From Centroscyllium fabricii (lineage: Eukaryota): a stretch of 64,000 nt of DNA. Under the pieces are notes generated by a model. It was not told the origin of the DNA. It saw only the letters and a program-made list of their open reading frames with translations, and did no database searches. Within the stretch, counting starts at the first letter, position 1. The number at the start of each line of letters is the position of its first letter. A program made the position numbers and the translations under genes. The stretch lies in assembly GCA_051313645.2 (NCBI GenBank), contig JBNRSN020000012.1, positions 143,530,001 to 143,594,000 on the forward strand, read 5' to 3'. Shown piece by piece: positions 49,311 through 63,300 of the stretch.

Positions 49311-49919
49311 TATGAACCCAGAAAAGCTCCCAAAGTTGTCAACACAAGACAAGCATGTACCAACTTCCAAGACCCCAAATTAACTGATAGAACTGCATGA
49401 AATCAGTGCACAAAACTGGAAGCCCAAAAATCAAAGGGATAGGTCCTGCCCCCACCCAGTTTCCTTAAATGGTATACAGGGGAATCCACACACTGAACAG
49501 CACTCATGAAGTTCAACTTCATACAGTAGGTGGCATGACAAGGAATCAGATGCTGTGCAGCTAAAATTGCACATAGTAAAGGACGCTGAAAAATGCAACC
49601 TATAATTGAGGTTTAAGGGCCTTGAGCGATTTCCCTCGTCTCCTCAACCTTCCATCAGCAGGTTCCAGTGTAAGACGGGGCTTCTGGGTTTTCGCCTGAA
49701 AGTAAAGCTGCTTTCATATCAAGTTACGTGCTGTGCTGGTGCTGCTGCATCTCAACCCCATAGATCTTGTACAGTCAGCATCAACCCCAAAGTCAACTTG
49801 TTGGCCGTAGGAAATCCAGCAAATTCATCTTGGTGGGGTGGCCGGCTTCATGAAACTCACTCGTCAGGAGACTGCGGTCCAAGTGTGAGTCTTATGTAAT
49901 ATAAAAGCGCCTCAAGGTA

Positions 49920-50604
49920 CGTGCCAGTGCAGCCTTCGGTCGCCTGAGGAAGAGAGTGTTTGAAGACCAGGAGCTCAAACCCAGCACCAAGCCCATGGTC
50001 TGCAGAGCAGCAGCGATACCCGCCCTGCTGTATGCTTCAGGGACATGGATCATGTACAGCAGGCACCTCAAAGCACTGGAGAGGTACCACCAACGCTGCC
50101 TCCGCAAGATCCTGCAAATCCATTGGCTCAGGCCAATATCCCCAGCATCGAAGCTTTGACCACGCTCGATCAGCTCCAATGGACGGGTCACACTGTCCGC
50201 CCGATACAAGACTCTCCAAATAAGCGCTCTACTCGGAGCTCCGACACAGCAAGAGTGCCCCAAGTGGGCAGAGGAAATACTTCAAGGACACCCTCAAAGC
50301 CTCCTTGAAAAAGTGCAACATCTCCACTGACACCTGGCCCAAAACTTCACAAAGTGGAGGAGAAACATCCGGGAAGGCGCCGAACACCTCAGGTCTCTAC
50401 ACCGGGAGCAAGCAGAAGCCAAGCGCAAACAGCGGAAAGAGCGCACATCAACCCAAGAACCCCACCCACCCACCCCTTCAACCACCGTCTGCCCCACCTG
50501 TGACAGAGACTGTCGGTCCCGCATTGGACTCATCAGTCACCTGAGAACTCATTTTTGGGGCGGAAGCAAGTCACCCTCGGTTCTGAGGGACTGCCCAAGA
50601 AGAG
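49920..50604 (+). mobile_element. RTE-clade LINE 3' fragment with TSD
   Basis: ASAAFGRLRKRVFED..PALLYAS..HQRCLRKILQIHW, C-terminal CPTC..H motif; TSD ATAAAAGC(G/A)CCTCAA(G/A)GTA at 49901-49919 and 50605-50623. Confidence 0.9.
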
Positions 50605-51184
50605 ATAAAAGCACCTCAAAGTATGTACAAGGACCTGCTCAGTTTTTAACTGTATATGGCCTACAAATGGGAAATGTGCACTTTCCGCATCAGACTATCA
50701 CACACAGGATGTTTAATCATGGCTGCTTGTAACTTAAGTGCTTCCTAATTTAGCTTGAAGTGGTAATTTGAGTAGGATACAGCAGGCACTTTGCATCTTT
50801 TAACCACAGTTTACTAAGGCCCAAGAGGTGGTTTGAAACATGCTAGTGTACAGTATCAGTGACAGCCTGGCTTATTGAAAGAGATAGAGATAAAGAGGTA
50901 GAATTTGTGTCTTTATTGCCTGGACATTAAGCATTGCCTGGTTAGAGCATGGAGTGGAAAAGCACAAGGAGAATCGCATATCAGTAACAGAACCTGCCTC
51001 ATTTTCCTTTGATTTAATTCAAAGTGAGGAAAATCAGACAAGCTCTGTAACAGGCATGTGATCCTCTGCCAGATTTTCCTCTCTGCCTCCGCCCAGGTGA
51101 TGCTTACCACCCAGGGTAAAAAGATGCAAATTTATCACAGAGAAAGAAAGAGCAAAAGAAAGAGGAAGGAAAACAAATAATAAT

Positions 51185-51876
51185 GGGCCAGAAATTGCAG
51201 TCTGCCCATATCCTGTTTGAGCTCTGGTGCGAGCGCACCAAAGGTTAATCTGGCTATCGCAGGAACCAGCGAACTACATGGTGCGTTGAATCATTCTGAT
51301 TTTTTAAAAAAGTTTTTCTACGGACCAAGACCAGAAGATTGTACGCCTGAAAAAAGGAATCGTAAGGACCCGTTTTTATCATGTACGTCTGTATTTTATT
51401 GATTTTAAGTGTTGTTTTTTCAGGTTTTTAATTATTGTTAACTTTAAAAGGCAGGTAAGTATTTTTAAGGCCTGTTAATAGGTGAAAAAAAATTCTGTAA
51501 GTTTTTCTTTTTTCTTTAAAATAGGTCATTTATGTTAGTTGGAGTAATGTTAAAAAAATGTGGTGTTTTTAAAATTTTATTTTTGAGTTTAGATGTGTTT
51601 TGGGTAATCTCTCCTTTCAAAACTTAAACAGATTTCTTCGTGGAAGTTTTGAACGGAGGATTGCTTCCACTGATTGGCTCCCTGCCAATCACATGGTCTC
51701 AAAAGCTATCTCGCACTAATTACGCCGTTCAGTAGCCCATGAAGCTCGCAGAGAGCTCGGACAAGCTGGGCTAACTGGAATGACTGAGTGCAAAAAAGCA
51801 AACCGGCAGATGTGCTGGGTAAGTGCAACTAGCAGCACTGCACCCGCACGAAAGGCTCCACTGCAATTTCTGGGCC
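51185..51876. mobile_element. MITE (Harbinger-like)
   Basis: TIR GGGCCAGAAATTGCAGT / ACTGCAATTTCTGGGCC; TSD AAT. Confidence 0.8.
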
Positions 51877-51898
51877 AATAAATATTTAGAAATATTTA

Positions 51899-52217
51899 GG
51901 GCGGCACGGTGGCATAGTGGTTAGCACTGTTGCCTCACAGCACTAGGGGCCCGGGTTCAAATCCGGCCTCAGGTGACTATCGGTGTGGAGTTTGCACATT
52001 CTCCCCGTGTCTGTGTGGGTTTTCTCCGGGTGCTCCGGTTTCCTCCCACAGTCCAAAGATGTGCGGGTTAGGTTGATTAGCCAGGATAAATTGACCCTTA
52101 GTGTTAGGGGGATTAAATATGTGGGGTTACGGGGATAGGGTGGGATATGTGTCGGTGCCGGCTCGATGGGCCGAAATGGCCTCTATCTGCACTGTAGGGA
52201 TTCTATGATTCTATGAT
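51899..52217 (+). mobile_element. HE1 SINE, tail type B
   Basis: Same tail as 27407-27719. Confidence 0.9.
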
Positions 52218-52379
52218 TAATCTAATTTTGATACACTCTGATAGAGTTGCACCATGATGGTCCTAATGATGGTCCCAATAACATGGGCAGCACAGACACC
52301 AGACTGAAGGGATTCGAACAGGGGGCGGTGAGCAATGTGAGCACGGAGTTGGGTGGCAATGAGACAGTCCAGAAGCTTA

Positions 52380-53179
52380 GGAGGGGATTTTTCCTGGAGG
52401 TGCGGGAACCTGGTGGGAATTGGTCAGGGCGGGTTCCTGTCCCGCCCGGCCAAGGGCCTGGGAAGCTGATGCTATTTTACTTTAATTGCTCAATTAAATT
52501 CCCACGTGCGGGGTGCCCCTGGTAATTGCCGCAGTCAAGTCGGCAATTACGGAGCACAAACGGGAGTCTAGGAGGTTGTCAGACAGCTGCGGGGACTCTG
52601 TGTTTACAGTTCCCATGGAAATACTCCACTGTGATATCACAGTAGAGTATAACCAATGGGACAGGCCAAGTGCTCTGAGTGACAGGTGGGTGGGCTGCAA
52701 ATCTTTGACAGCTAGGGGCTGGCTGTCAGTGGAGCTGTCAAGGTAAGATTTCTAAGTTTTTCCCCACAGCTGGTCTTCACCCAAGGGAATGACTTACACC
52801 TCCAGGGTGTTGAAGGCCTGGGAAGCATTTTGCTCTAGGTCCTTAAACACCTTGAAGGAGAAAGTTAGCAAGACCACTGTGCACCTGCTGGGTTTCACCA
52901 GCGGGGTTTTAGGATGGCAGGGTTTGGTTGGGAAGGGGTTGAAAATTGCTAAGGTCCCTTAAAATGGCATTACAGATGCCAATTAAAGGCCCCTAATGAG
53001 CTTAACAACCATCCCCGCTGGCCACCGGCAGGAAAGATTTGGGGCGGGGAGGCAGGGCGGCGGAAAATGAAAAAGCGGCGGGGATCTGGCAGGGCGGGGG
53101 GTCGGGACCCACCAGTTCCGCTATTTTTCCGTCCGACCCGCCGAAAACCCCGCCTCATGGGGACATGAAAATTTTGGCC
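52380..53179. mobile_element. Non-autonomous PIF/Harbinger element
   Basis: Termini GGAGGGGATTTT / AAAATTTTGGCC; TSD TTA; homologous to 2390-3192. Confidence 0.8.
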
Positions 53180-54235
53180 TTAGTCTAGAAGGATGCTCTC
53201 CACCCAAAGCTTTCTGTGTCAGAGGCAAGAGTTCTACCAGCTGAGCCAAGCTGGTACAGAAGAGAAAGGGACCAATTTCAAAGTTATTCTGGAAAACTCT
53301 TCAGGAAAGCCACTGTCGCATGTCTTCACAGACCGTACCAAACACATGAAGGCAAAAAAAGTAACTGCATAAAACACCAAAAGAAAAATCTGTCTCTGTG
53401 TCTCTCTCTCCCAAGTGAATTTTAACACCCGTGTGTCATTCAACGACCTTAACCTGCTAGGTGGTAGCCGTAACAATATTTGAGCTCAATGTGCCACTTC
53501 AAGGAGAATTGCGATTTATAGCTGTTTCAGGCAATTGAAAGTCTTTGAAAATGACAAGGTAGCTCATGATCGCAGACACACATACCAGCAGTAGAGAAGC
53601 TCAGTTCCCAGGGGCGCTGAGAACTCAAACTTACACAACTCAATTTGTTCTCGCTTCTGTTTTCACTACAGTGCGCCGGCCCAGTCCTAGTGGTAGAGAA
53701 TCCTCTCGGGTGCTTGTTCCGCTTGAATCACATTCTTCCTATATATCTTGGAGCAAAACACACATCAATTCACATAGACATCCAGACCATCCTCAAGCTG
53801 CGCCCTGGTGAATGGCCATCAAGGTGAGAAAAGCAAAGAGAAAAAATTGACAGATAATGGAAACTTGACAAAAAAGTTTTCTGGTAATGAATTCACTCCA
53901 AGAAACACCGAGATGGATCTTTCATAAGTAGGTTTCAGCAGCTATGAAACCACTAAATCTGGGCATCATATAAAAAGCCAATTTAGTCAATCCAGTTACC
54001 ATGGTTGCTCAGAAACATGACTCTGCAAGATGCCATGAGAATAAAGTAATATAGTTCTGAAATACCATTATTGGAACGTCAACCAATTTGAACTTTGAAA
54101 GTGACACATTATATATAAGCTTTTCGATAAATCTTCAGGATAAACAGGAAACAATGATCTTACTCTGCAGAAAAGAGAGAAACCATGTTGTGAAGTGAGC
54201 CACTGAACTACACAACCCCAGATTTCAAATTTCAA

Positions 54236-54685
54236 ATTCCGATTAGGCACTTTACAGCCCTCCGGACTCAATATCAAGTTCAACAATTTCAGATCATAAC
54301 TACGGCCCCCATTATATTTTTACTTATTTTTATCCACACCTTTTATTTGCCCCCCGCCTCTTTTTTTTTCTCTCTCTCTCTCTCCCACATGGCAGCAACC
54401 TCCCATTCTGCCAGTGCATTTCACGCCTAATCTATAGCTGTATTCTGTCCACAGCCCCATCACAATTTCGTCTCATTTTGAATACCTCTTAATGGCTTTT
54501 CTCTTTGGTTTTCTCTTCCCTTTTGTTCTCTCCCAGCTCCCCCGGCCTTCTCACCTGTTTCATGTCCTTGCTTTAGTCTTGACAAAGGGTTCTAACCTGA
54601 AACGTCGACTCTATTTCTCTCTCGACAGATGCTGCCTGGCCGGCTGAGTTTTTCCAGCATTTTCTGTTGTTATCCCAGATTTCAA
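54236..54685 (+). mobile_element. Penelope-like 3' part
   Basis: Reverse complement of ~47400-47825 (FRLGTLQPSGLNIKFNNF). Confidence 0.8.
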
Positions 54686-54924
54686 ATTTCAGTTATTTTC
54701 TCCTGCCAACCCTACAGTTACCACACCAGCTTCTTCAATCAGATCAGATCATATGCACCAGCACATAAACATGAGCAGAGACAGAATGAAAACTGCTTGC
54801 GCCAGGCAGCAAGCTCCAAGAATATGAGAAAGCCCTCTGGACAGTTACGTTTTTCTCCTTTGGCCAACTTTGTCAAAAGTGACCACCTGCGTTCTCTCCA
54901 AATAGCCAAGCTGAAATTGAGATC

Positions 54925-55409
54925 TGTTGGTGAAAAATAAATTCACACGACTCTGAGTAAAAGCAAGAGACACACTTTATTGCTAACAGAGCTCTGGGAG
55001 AAAGGTTTGAGACCCCGCGTCTGCAAAACCACTTTCTCGTTTTAACAATGGTTACCAGGCTTTTTTTATACACTTCAAGATGCCGGGTAAGCAGTTTATT
55101 ACATACAAATGTCATCCAATCGCGTTCCCCTAGCAACAAGCCCCTTACCCAATCATACATCTCCAACACTGACTTAGGTATATCTATGCTTTGAGCTAAA
55201 TTTTCCCTTTACTTCTCCTCCGAAACTATAAACATACAAAGCCGTTATGTCACATTTGCCTGGTGGTCCTGAGGTGTCGCACTGTGATTGGTTCTTAGAT
55301 GCAACCGCTGTGCTATTTCAAAACAATGGGTATTACTCATCAACCCTATATTAGCCAGACCATCTTGTCATGTGTCTGTGTCCCTTATGTACAAGCTTAA
55401 TTTCTTACA
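54925..55409 (-). mobile_element. Possible ERV-like solo LTR
   Basis: On the minus strand: ATTGG boxes, TATAAAAAA, AATAAA and a CCAACA end; no TSD found. Confidence 0.35.
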
Positions 55410-57526
55410 CACATTCTCATAATTCATTATGTTGCTGCTTTAAGCTATATAATTATTTGTCTCAAGTGTTACTTCTATTGGGAATAAATTCATTGATAAA
55501 TGAGATATATATATATATCATAGTCATTGGTGTATTAGGTCAGCCGTGCCATGCATGGATTAGTAGTTCTTCCTCTTCTGTGGACAGCTGTCCTTTTTGC
55601 GAAGCTATCCATATGTAACAGCAGTTTGCACCTGGCCATGAGTCTACTATGTCCAAAAATTCACTCCAACAGATTCAACACATTTTGTTCCACTTGGGAA
55701 CCCAATGCCTTGGTGTTATATTTACCCAGGTGCCCCAGTGCCCTGTGTTTTGTGAAGATTAAGCAATTAAAATTCAAGATATGCATCACGGCTACAATCT
55801 CCTTCAGCTTCAAGCTGCCAGATGCTCATCTGTAATTCATTACATCTTTGACACTGCTCAGGTCCTCAATCAGAATCCACACCACAACCACTTTGCCCTT
55901 TTCTGAAATAAGGGCAGGCCAAACTCAAAACTAGCAGCACCACACGGGCTAAATTTTATAATTCAGCAAACAACCACATCCAATTTGCAGCACACAAAAG
56001 TTTCCATCCAGGATGACTGTGAATTGAGTGCGCTGATGAAATATGTACTCCCATCGTAGGAAGCTTAATTGTTAAATTAACCCCAACATCTTAATCCCAG
56101 AAATGTCATTACCTTTTGTCATTAAAACTTGCAGTGAAACAATAGTAATGTAGCCTTATATTGACTGCCCAGGACACCATAATCTATTATGGAACTACTT
56201 GAAGTCTTCGGGGAGAGCAGTTCCACAGGGAAACCAATCAAAATATAAACCATACAGAGCATTACTCAGAGGCCTTTTGGGCATTGCTCCCCAGGAACCT
56301 GATCACCAAGGTAAATGGGCCTCCTCTGTGTTACGGGCATGACGTACTGCAAGGGTAATTCCTTCTCCCCACCCACCCACCCCTGCCAGAAATCACCCAA
56401 CTGCAAACACTTTAGTAAAATAGATGAGCATTAGGCTCCACACAGGAGCCCTGCAACAGAATCAACAATATATTGATTGGGGGGGTAGGAGGAGAAGAAA
56501 AACAAACTAATAGCTCATACTTATCCCTCAATAAGTGGTTTCTGCTAAACTGAAGTCCTACTCTGTTTGTGATGCAGATTTGCTGTGAAAAAGTCATGAA
56601 TATGGAATTTTCCCCATGGAAATCTCAAGGAGTTTCTCCACAGATTAAGGAGTATATTACTCATGATAATGTGATCCCTCAATTTGTGAATGAAAGGAAA
56701 TCCTAAGGACGTCCACATCAGAGCAGTTTAAAGAATCACTAGATCTGATGGGCAGCTGTGTTGCAAGTGTAACCTTGAAAGACCGCCCCCTTCTCCCTGT
56801 GATTAATGACATAAGGTCACACAAACCAGCTGAGGTCACAAGCAGCTCCTGAACTTGGGCTGTTCTCGAACCAATTAATTATTCAACAAGCTGTTTGAAT
56901 GAAACCTCGGCCACGACATCATCTTCAGTCTCTCCTCTTTGTCTCGCAGGGGTCCCTCTGGTCCTGTGCCAATTTCAATCGCTGGCTATAAGCGGTGAAA
57001 TACAGTTCTATTTCACTAACAGTATGATGAGCAAGGACCACAATGTTCTATTTAATGGGGCTGGGTCAGAACTTGAAAATCAGGCTAACTGATGGGTTTT
57101 TTCAAAGACGTTTTTAGATCTCGCTCTGCCCTTTTTACTTCAAACTCAGGTGCCTATAGCATTGGGTTAATAGCATTAAGCACCTCGAGACATTTTACTA
57201 TGTTAAAGACACTATATAAATGCAAGATATTGTTGTTGGTTTCTGTGCACGATGTCCCAGCTACTTCATTGAATGCAAACCTGAAACAGATTCCTCATTT
57301 AATTTCCTGAAGCCAGCTCTTTTAATCCGACAGCACATTTGTAGACATGCAATTCCATGGTTCTCATGACACTGCAGCTTCCCCGAGTTCAGGGGAGGGT
57401 TAATCGTATGAGTGCAGCCAATGGTAGGAGGCCCGTACATCCAAAGGCAGCTGCACCTCTGATGTATAAAGGCACAGAGGGTCTAAGAAAAAAACAAAAC
57501 CTAACCCAATTTTTGCATGCACCAAA

Positions 57527-57690
57527 AGAAATAAAATTGCATTTGTATAACAGCCTTCAGGTCCTCAGAATGTCCCAAAGCGTTTTATACCCAATGAGTT
57601 ACTTCTGAAGTGTAGCCACTGTTGTAATGTCAGAGAAGGGGAATCAGATTTTCCCCACCGCATCCAGCAAAGCCAAAGCCTTGCTGTTAA
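57527..57690 (-). mobile_element. Deu-type SINE 3' part
   Basis: TTGCATTTGTATAAC..GTCCCAAAGCGTTTT..GAAGTGTAGCCACTGTTGTAATGT. Confidence 0.65.
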
Positions 57691-57693
57691 GAA

Positions 57694-58062
57694 AGGGGGG
57701 GGAGTGGGAGATGGATTGGGGGGGGGAGTGGGAGATGGATGGGGGGGGGGGGGGAAGAGATAGATTGGGGGGGGATGGATGGGGGGTGGGGGAGATGGAT
57801 TGTGGGGGGAGTGGGAGATGGATGGGGGGGGGGGGGAGATGGATTGGGGGGGAGTGGGAGATGGATGGGGGAGATGGATTGGGGGGGAGTGGGAGATGGA
57901 TGGGGGGGGAGAGATAGATTGCGGGGGGAGATGGATGGGGGGAAGATGGATTGAGGGGGGGAAGATGGATTGGGGAGGGGAAGATGGATTGGGGGGAAGA
58001 TGGATTGGGGAGGGGAAGATGGATGGGGGGGGGGGAAGATGGATTGGTGGGGGGGGGAAGAT
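57694..58062 (+). repeat. G-rich imperfect tandem repeat (GGGAGATGGATTGGGGGG-like)
   Basis: Directly visible; source of the Gly-rich and Pro-rich ORFs. Confidence 0.95.
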
Positions 58063-58543
58063 GGTGGTAGAACTCAATTCTGTATTATTCACTCTGTGCC
58101 ACAACAAGCCAGAGTTTCAGCACACCATGCCATCTAAAGATGCAGCTGCAACCCACCAGGAGCTCACCATCTGCACAAATCTCCAGTGGGCTTCCAAGTG
58201 AATGACTGTAACAGCTCCCACACATTGTTTAGGGTCAAAAAAATAAGGGGCCATCTTTACACATATCATAGTGGTGGAGGGTATTGCAGCAGATTGTGGA
58301 GAGCTCACTCGCCTTCTCCTGGCCTAGTCCTACTCTCTGGTCCACTCTGGTTGCTTCTCTTCACTCCCTTCCCAAGCTACTGGCCCTCCCACTCCCCATT
58401 TGCACGTTAACAGGGTTGAAAAGTCAGCCTGCATTAAAAATGCAGAGGTCCCACTGGCTTAGCCCATGGATCATGGATTTTTCTTCCAGACTTTTGGCCG
58501 GAAAGTAGTGTGACTGTCATATATGTGGATCACTTTATATGGC

Positions 58544-59136
58544 TCAAGTTCAAGTTCAAGTTTACTTTATTTGTCACATACATCATTATACATGTACAAA
58601 GTGCAGTGAAATGCTTAGTCGCAAGCTCCATGTCTGTGCTCTCCGGATAACAATAAATACAAATAATAAATTAGCAATTATAAGAAGAAAAGGCATTCAA
58701 TCGTCAGTATGCCGACCCTTGGCAGCGTATTCATTTAGGATCCGGATGGCTTGGGGGTAAAAGCTCCTCCTAAGCCTCTCGGTGTTTGTCTTAATGCTGC
58801 GGTAGCATTTTCCTGACCGCAGCAGTGAGAAGAGGCCATTGTTCGGGTGACTAGGATCCTTAATGACCTTCTTAGCCTTAGACATGCACCGCCTGGTGTA
58901 GATATCCTGCAGGTTAGGGAGTGCACCCCCAGTGGTACGTTCTGCCGACCGTACTACCCTCTGCAGGGCCCTACGGTCTTGTTTAGTGCTGTTGCCACAC
59001 CAGGCGGTGATGCTCCCCGACAGGATACTCTCAATAGTACATTTATAAAAGTTGTTTAGTATTTGGGGGGACATTCTAAATTTCCTCAGGCTTCTGAGCT
59101 GGTAAAGACGCTGCCGCGCCTTCTTCACCAAGGCTG
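58544..59136 (-). mobile_element. Rex1/Babar LINE 3' fragment
   Basis: ORF 58697-59131 KKARQRLYQLRSL..FYKCTIESILSGSITAW..RRSFYPQAIR; (CTTGAA)n tail. Confidence 0.9.
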
Positions 59137-60325
59137 TAAACTAATTCAGTATCTGCGCTGCAATTAAAATCTGCAATTTTATTATGCCTCAGTAATTTTA
59201 AAATGAGTTGCATTGTGCACAGTATCTTATTAGTTCTCCATGTCAGTGTCTGCTTCTTTTTCAAAGATCTGGTTCCTTTTAGAAATCTGGTTTCTTGGCG
59301 AAGTGTGAATTTCCTTGATGTGTGTCTTTCTGTCAATGCATCTCACTTCTTTGTGTTTCTGTCAGTGACTTTGATCTCCGTCTCCGTGTCTGCAGATTCT
59401 GCTGCCCTTGTTATCCTGATGTGTCTCTCTTTATATCTTCCGGATGTTTGTTGCTGTGTCCTTGATTGCTTGATCTTGGTCTCCTAATTGCACAGTCCTC
59501 CTAGACTGCTCCTGTGCCTTCTACAGCCTTGTTGTCTGTGCCCTGATCTTTATATCTGTCAATCTCTTTGTCTTTCGCCAAAATCTCTTTGCCTTTGTCC
59601 CCAGAATATTTAGATTTTTTTTGTGCTGCAACCTCTGTTTATATTTGCCCCTCTATCTATCTCTCTGTCCCAAGATTCTCTCTCTGTCCCCTGGCTCTGT
59701 CACCCTGGCATTCCTCTTTATCTGTCCCAGCAATGTGTCCTTGTTCCCTTCATGCTCTGTCTGTCTGCCCAACAACCTTTCTGTTCCTCGCATCTCTCTC
59801 TTGGTACCCAACAATCTGTGTGTGCATCCAATCTCTTGTCCTCGCTGACCCGAATCTTTCTCTGCCTGCAATTTATCTTTTTTCTCTTACTCGGTCTCTC
59901 TCTCCCCAACCTGTCCCATAATGTATTTTTCTAATCTGTCTCCCAATGTCTGCATCTCCACCTCCCTGTCTCGCTCTCTCTCTCGCTTGTTCTGAGCCTT
60001 GAATCTTCAACTGTTCTATTGTTTTCTCTCTCTCTCCACGATCTAATTTTAGTCATTAATTTGGACTGTTGAATGTCTGAAGTACAAACTTAGCTAATGC
60101 CACAGAACATTTAAAATACATCAAATTTTTTAGCACCTCAAAATAGTCTAACTACACTGATTATTTTATGCAAAATGGCCACAAAGATTACCACAGGCCT
60201 GAAATTATGCAATATATGAACGATGACACAAGTATGGAAGAATGAATGACTGAACTTGCATTTATGCAGCACCTTATTACAGCCTCAAGACATTCCCAAA
60301 GTGCTTTGCTGCCTTACAACAGTGA

Positions 60326-63300
60326 CTACTGCGATGCCTTCAAGGCGTGCTTCAAGGTTTGCACGAACCTTTCTGCCAGGCCGTTAGTAGAGGGATGGTA
60401 GAGCGCAGACCTGATGTGTTGGACACCATTCACTTGCACGAAACTTGCAAACGCCTGTGACACAAACTGTGGACCATTGTCACTTACGAGTTGCTCTGGT
60501 GAGCCATAACGGCTGAACATCTCACCGAGTTTCTCAATTGTTTTCTCTGCCATGGTAGACCTCATCACAGCGACCTCCGGCCACTTGCTACGAGCATCCA
60601 CAACCACCATAAACATCTTCTCTGCGAAAGGGCCGGCGAAGTCCACATGTACGCGCTGCCACACTTCTTCAGGCCAATCCCAGGGCTGCAAGGGTGCCAG
60701 CTGCGGAACATTCAGACCCTTTGACACGGGGAACATGTTTTGGCCTTCTCCTCAATGTTTCCATCGAGACTTGGCCACAGAAGTAGCTTCTGGCCATTTT
60801 CTTCATCCATTTCACTGTGGCCTGCATGAACTTTTTGCAGTACAGGTTCCCTCAGAGGTGGCAGAATGATGACACGGTGTCCCCAGAGAAGACGACCTGC
60901 CTGGACGGAGAGCTCACTTCTTTTTGAAACGCAAGGTTTCAACCGAGGAGAATCTCCTATAGCTCTCCCTCGAATGACATTGTCCATTACCTCAGACAGA
61001 ACTGGATCATTGTGGGTGTGCCTTCGCACCTGGGCTGCAGTGACAGGAGCTCCCTCAACTTGTCTGAAGAAGAAGATGTCTGTCTATCTGACGAGGCTCT
61101 GGGTGAGTAACAGGCAAGGGCAGCCTTGAGAGACTGTCTGCGTTGCCGTGCAATTCTGATTTACGATATTTGATGTCGTATGTGTGTCCCGACAACAGCA
61201 AAGCCCATCTTTGCATCCTGCTTGCAGCGAGAGATGGAATTTCAGTGTGGGGCCCAAAGATTGATGTCAAGGGACGATGGTCTGTCAGGAGTGTGAACCT
61301 TTTCCCAAACAAGTACTGATGAAATTTTCAAATTCCAAAAATGATTCCCAATGCCTCGCGCTTAATTTGTGCATAGTTACTCTCAGCCTTGTTTCAAGGT
61401 GCATGATGCGAAGGCGATAGGGTGCTCTTCACCAGAAGGCATGATGTGGGATATGACTGCTCCCACCCCATATGGTGATGCATCACAGGCTAGCTGCAAG
61501 GGTAGCTTTGGGTCGAAGTGTGTCAGGCCCTCCGACTTCAGCAATGCTTTCTTTGCTTGGGCGAAAGTTTCATTGCACAGCGCAGTCCATTTCCATGTTT
61601 TGCCTTGACATAGCAACTGGTGTAACGGCTTCAGCAATGTTGCTAAGTTTCGAATAAACTTTCCATAATAGTTAAGTAGCCCCAGGAATGAACGTAACTG
61701 GCTCACATTCTGCGGTGCCGGGGCCTCCACGATCGCCTTGACCTTTGACGGCGCCTTGTGCAGGCCGGTAGCGTCAATCACATGCCCTAGGTACTCAACA
61801 GAAGACTGAAACAATTCCCATTGGTCCTTACAAACTCTGAGTCCGTACTCTTTCAGTCACTGTAGTGTCGCATTCATATTCAGAAGATGATCCTCCTCAT
61901 TCATTCCAGTGACAAGGATGCCATCCAGGTAGCACTGGACTCCTCGCAGTCCACTCAAAATTTGGTCCATTGCCCTTTGGAATAGAGCAGGGGCTGACGT
62001 AATTCCAAATGGCAGGCGGCAGTACCTGTATAGCCCCTTGTGTGTCACAATTGTCAGCAGCTCCTTTGATTTGTCATCTACATGCATTTGTAGACAAGCC
62101 TAGCATAAGTAGATTTTGCTGAACTTTTGCCCTCCAGCCAGGCCCGTAAAGCGATCACCAACGAGGGGAAGAAGGTACTGTTCCACCAACAGCACCGGGT
62201 TAATATTCACTATAAAATGCCCGCAGATTTGAATGGATTCATCCTTTTTTAGGACAGGAACAATGGGTGTAGCCCATTTGCTCATGCTCACAGGCTCCAG
62301 GACTCCTTTCTCGACTAAGGCATCCAAGTTAGCCTCAACCTTTGGCCTAATTGCATAGGGTACAGGTCGGGCTTTGTGAAACTTCAGCTTGCTGTCAGGT
62401 TTAATGTTCAGTCTCACGCTGATTTTTTTCATGCTCCCAAGTTCCCCATTGAAGAGTTCTGCATGTTTGTTTAAAACTGCAGTCAGACATGACTCCCCTT
62501 TTGACATCATGCGGACTGCAGGCCCGTCCATCGTGATTTTCTCTAGCCACGCACGTCCCAGTAGAGATGGGTAATTTCCCTTTACCACATATAGTGGCAG
62601 TTTCGCAGTCTGTCCATTCAATATAACTGTCACCTCCATGACACCTCTCATGGCTACCGGTTCGCCGGTATACGTCTTTAATACAATGTTTGTTGGCTGA
62701 AGGGTAATGTGCTTTAGCATTTTGTTGTAGACAGTGTCTGAAACAAGTGACATAGCCGTGCCTGTGTCCACCTCCATCCGCACTGATTGTCCCTCCACCA
62801 GCGGTGACACCCAGTAACCATTTGGGCCACCTGCAACCGTCAGTATGTGCACCTCCTCATCCTCCGAGGTGTTGCTCCCCTCTGCTTTGCTTATTCCGTC
62901 ACGCTGCACTGAATGAACACTCTTTCTTCTTTTGTCCAAATATAGACATTTTGTTTTCGTGCTTCCCAGCTCTGTCTGTTCCTTTTTTACCTCTACAGAC
63001 ACGTTCGATGTGACTCTTTTTGCCACAGTTTTGGCATTCCAGCTCTGTACACCAGCAGTCATTAGCGTAATGGCCCGTTTTCCCACAACGGTAACATGTG
63101 CCGTTCCGCACTCTTTTAGGCTCCGACGACACCTTGTGAACTCTCCCTATTGAACTAAACTGGTGAGCCTCCTTTTCCGCCATCTCCATGGAGACACCAA
63201 CTTCAATGGCCTTTTCAAGTGAGGTTGTCCTCAGTAAGAAGGCGTTTCTGTATGGCTGCACTTTGCAGACCACACACCAATCTGTCTCTAATGGTGTCCT

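Noticed and set aside
57565-58201. Pro-rich and Gly-rich ORFs
   Set aside because: Translations of the G-rich tandem repeat
59140-60050. Hydrophobic ORFs in a CT-rich tract
   Set aside because: Low-complexity pyrimidine-biased sequence
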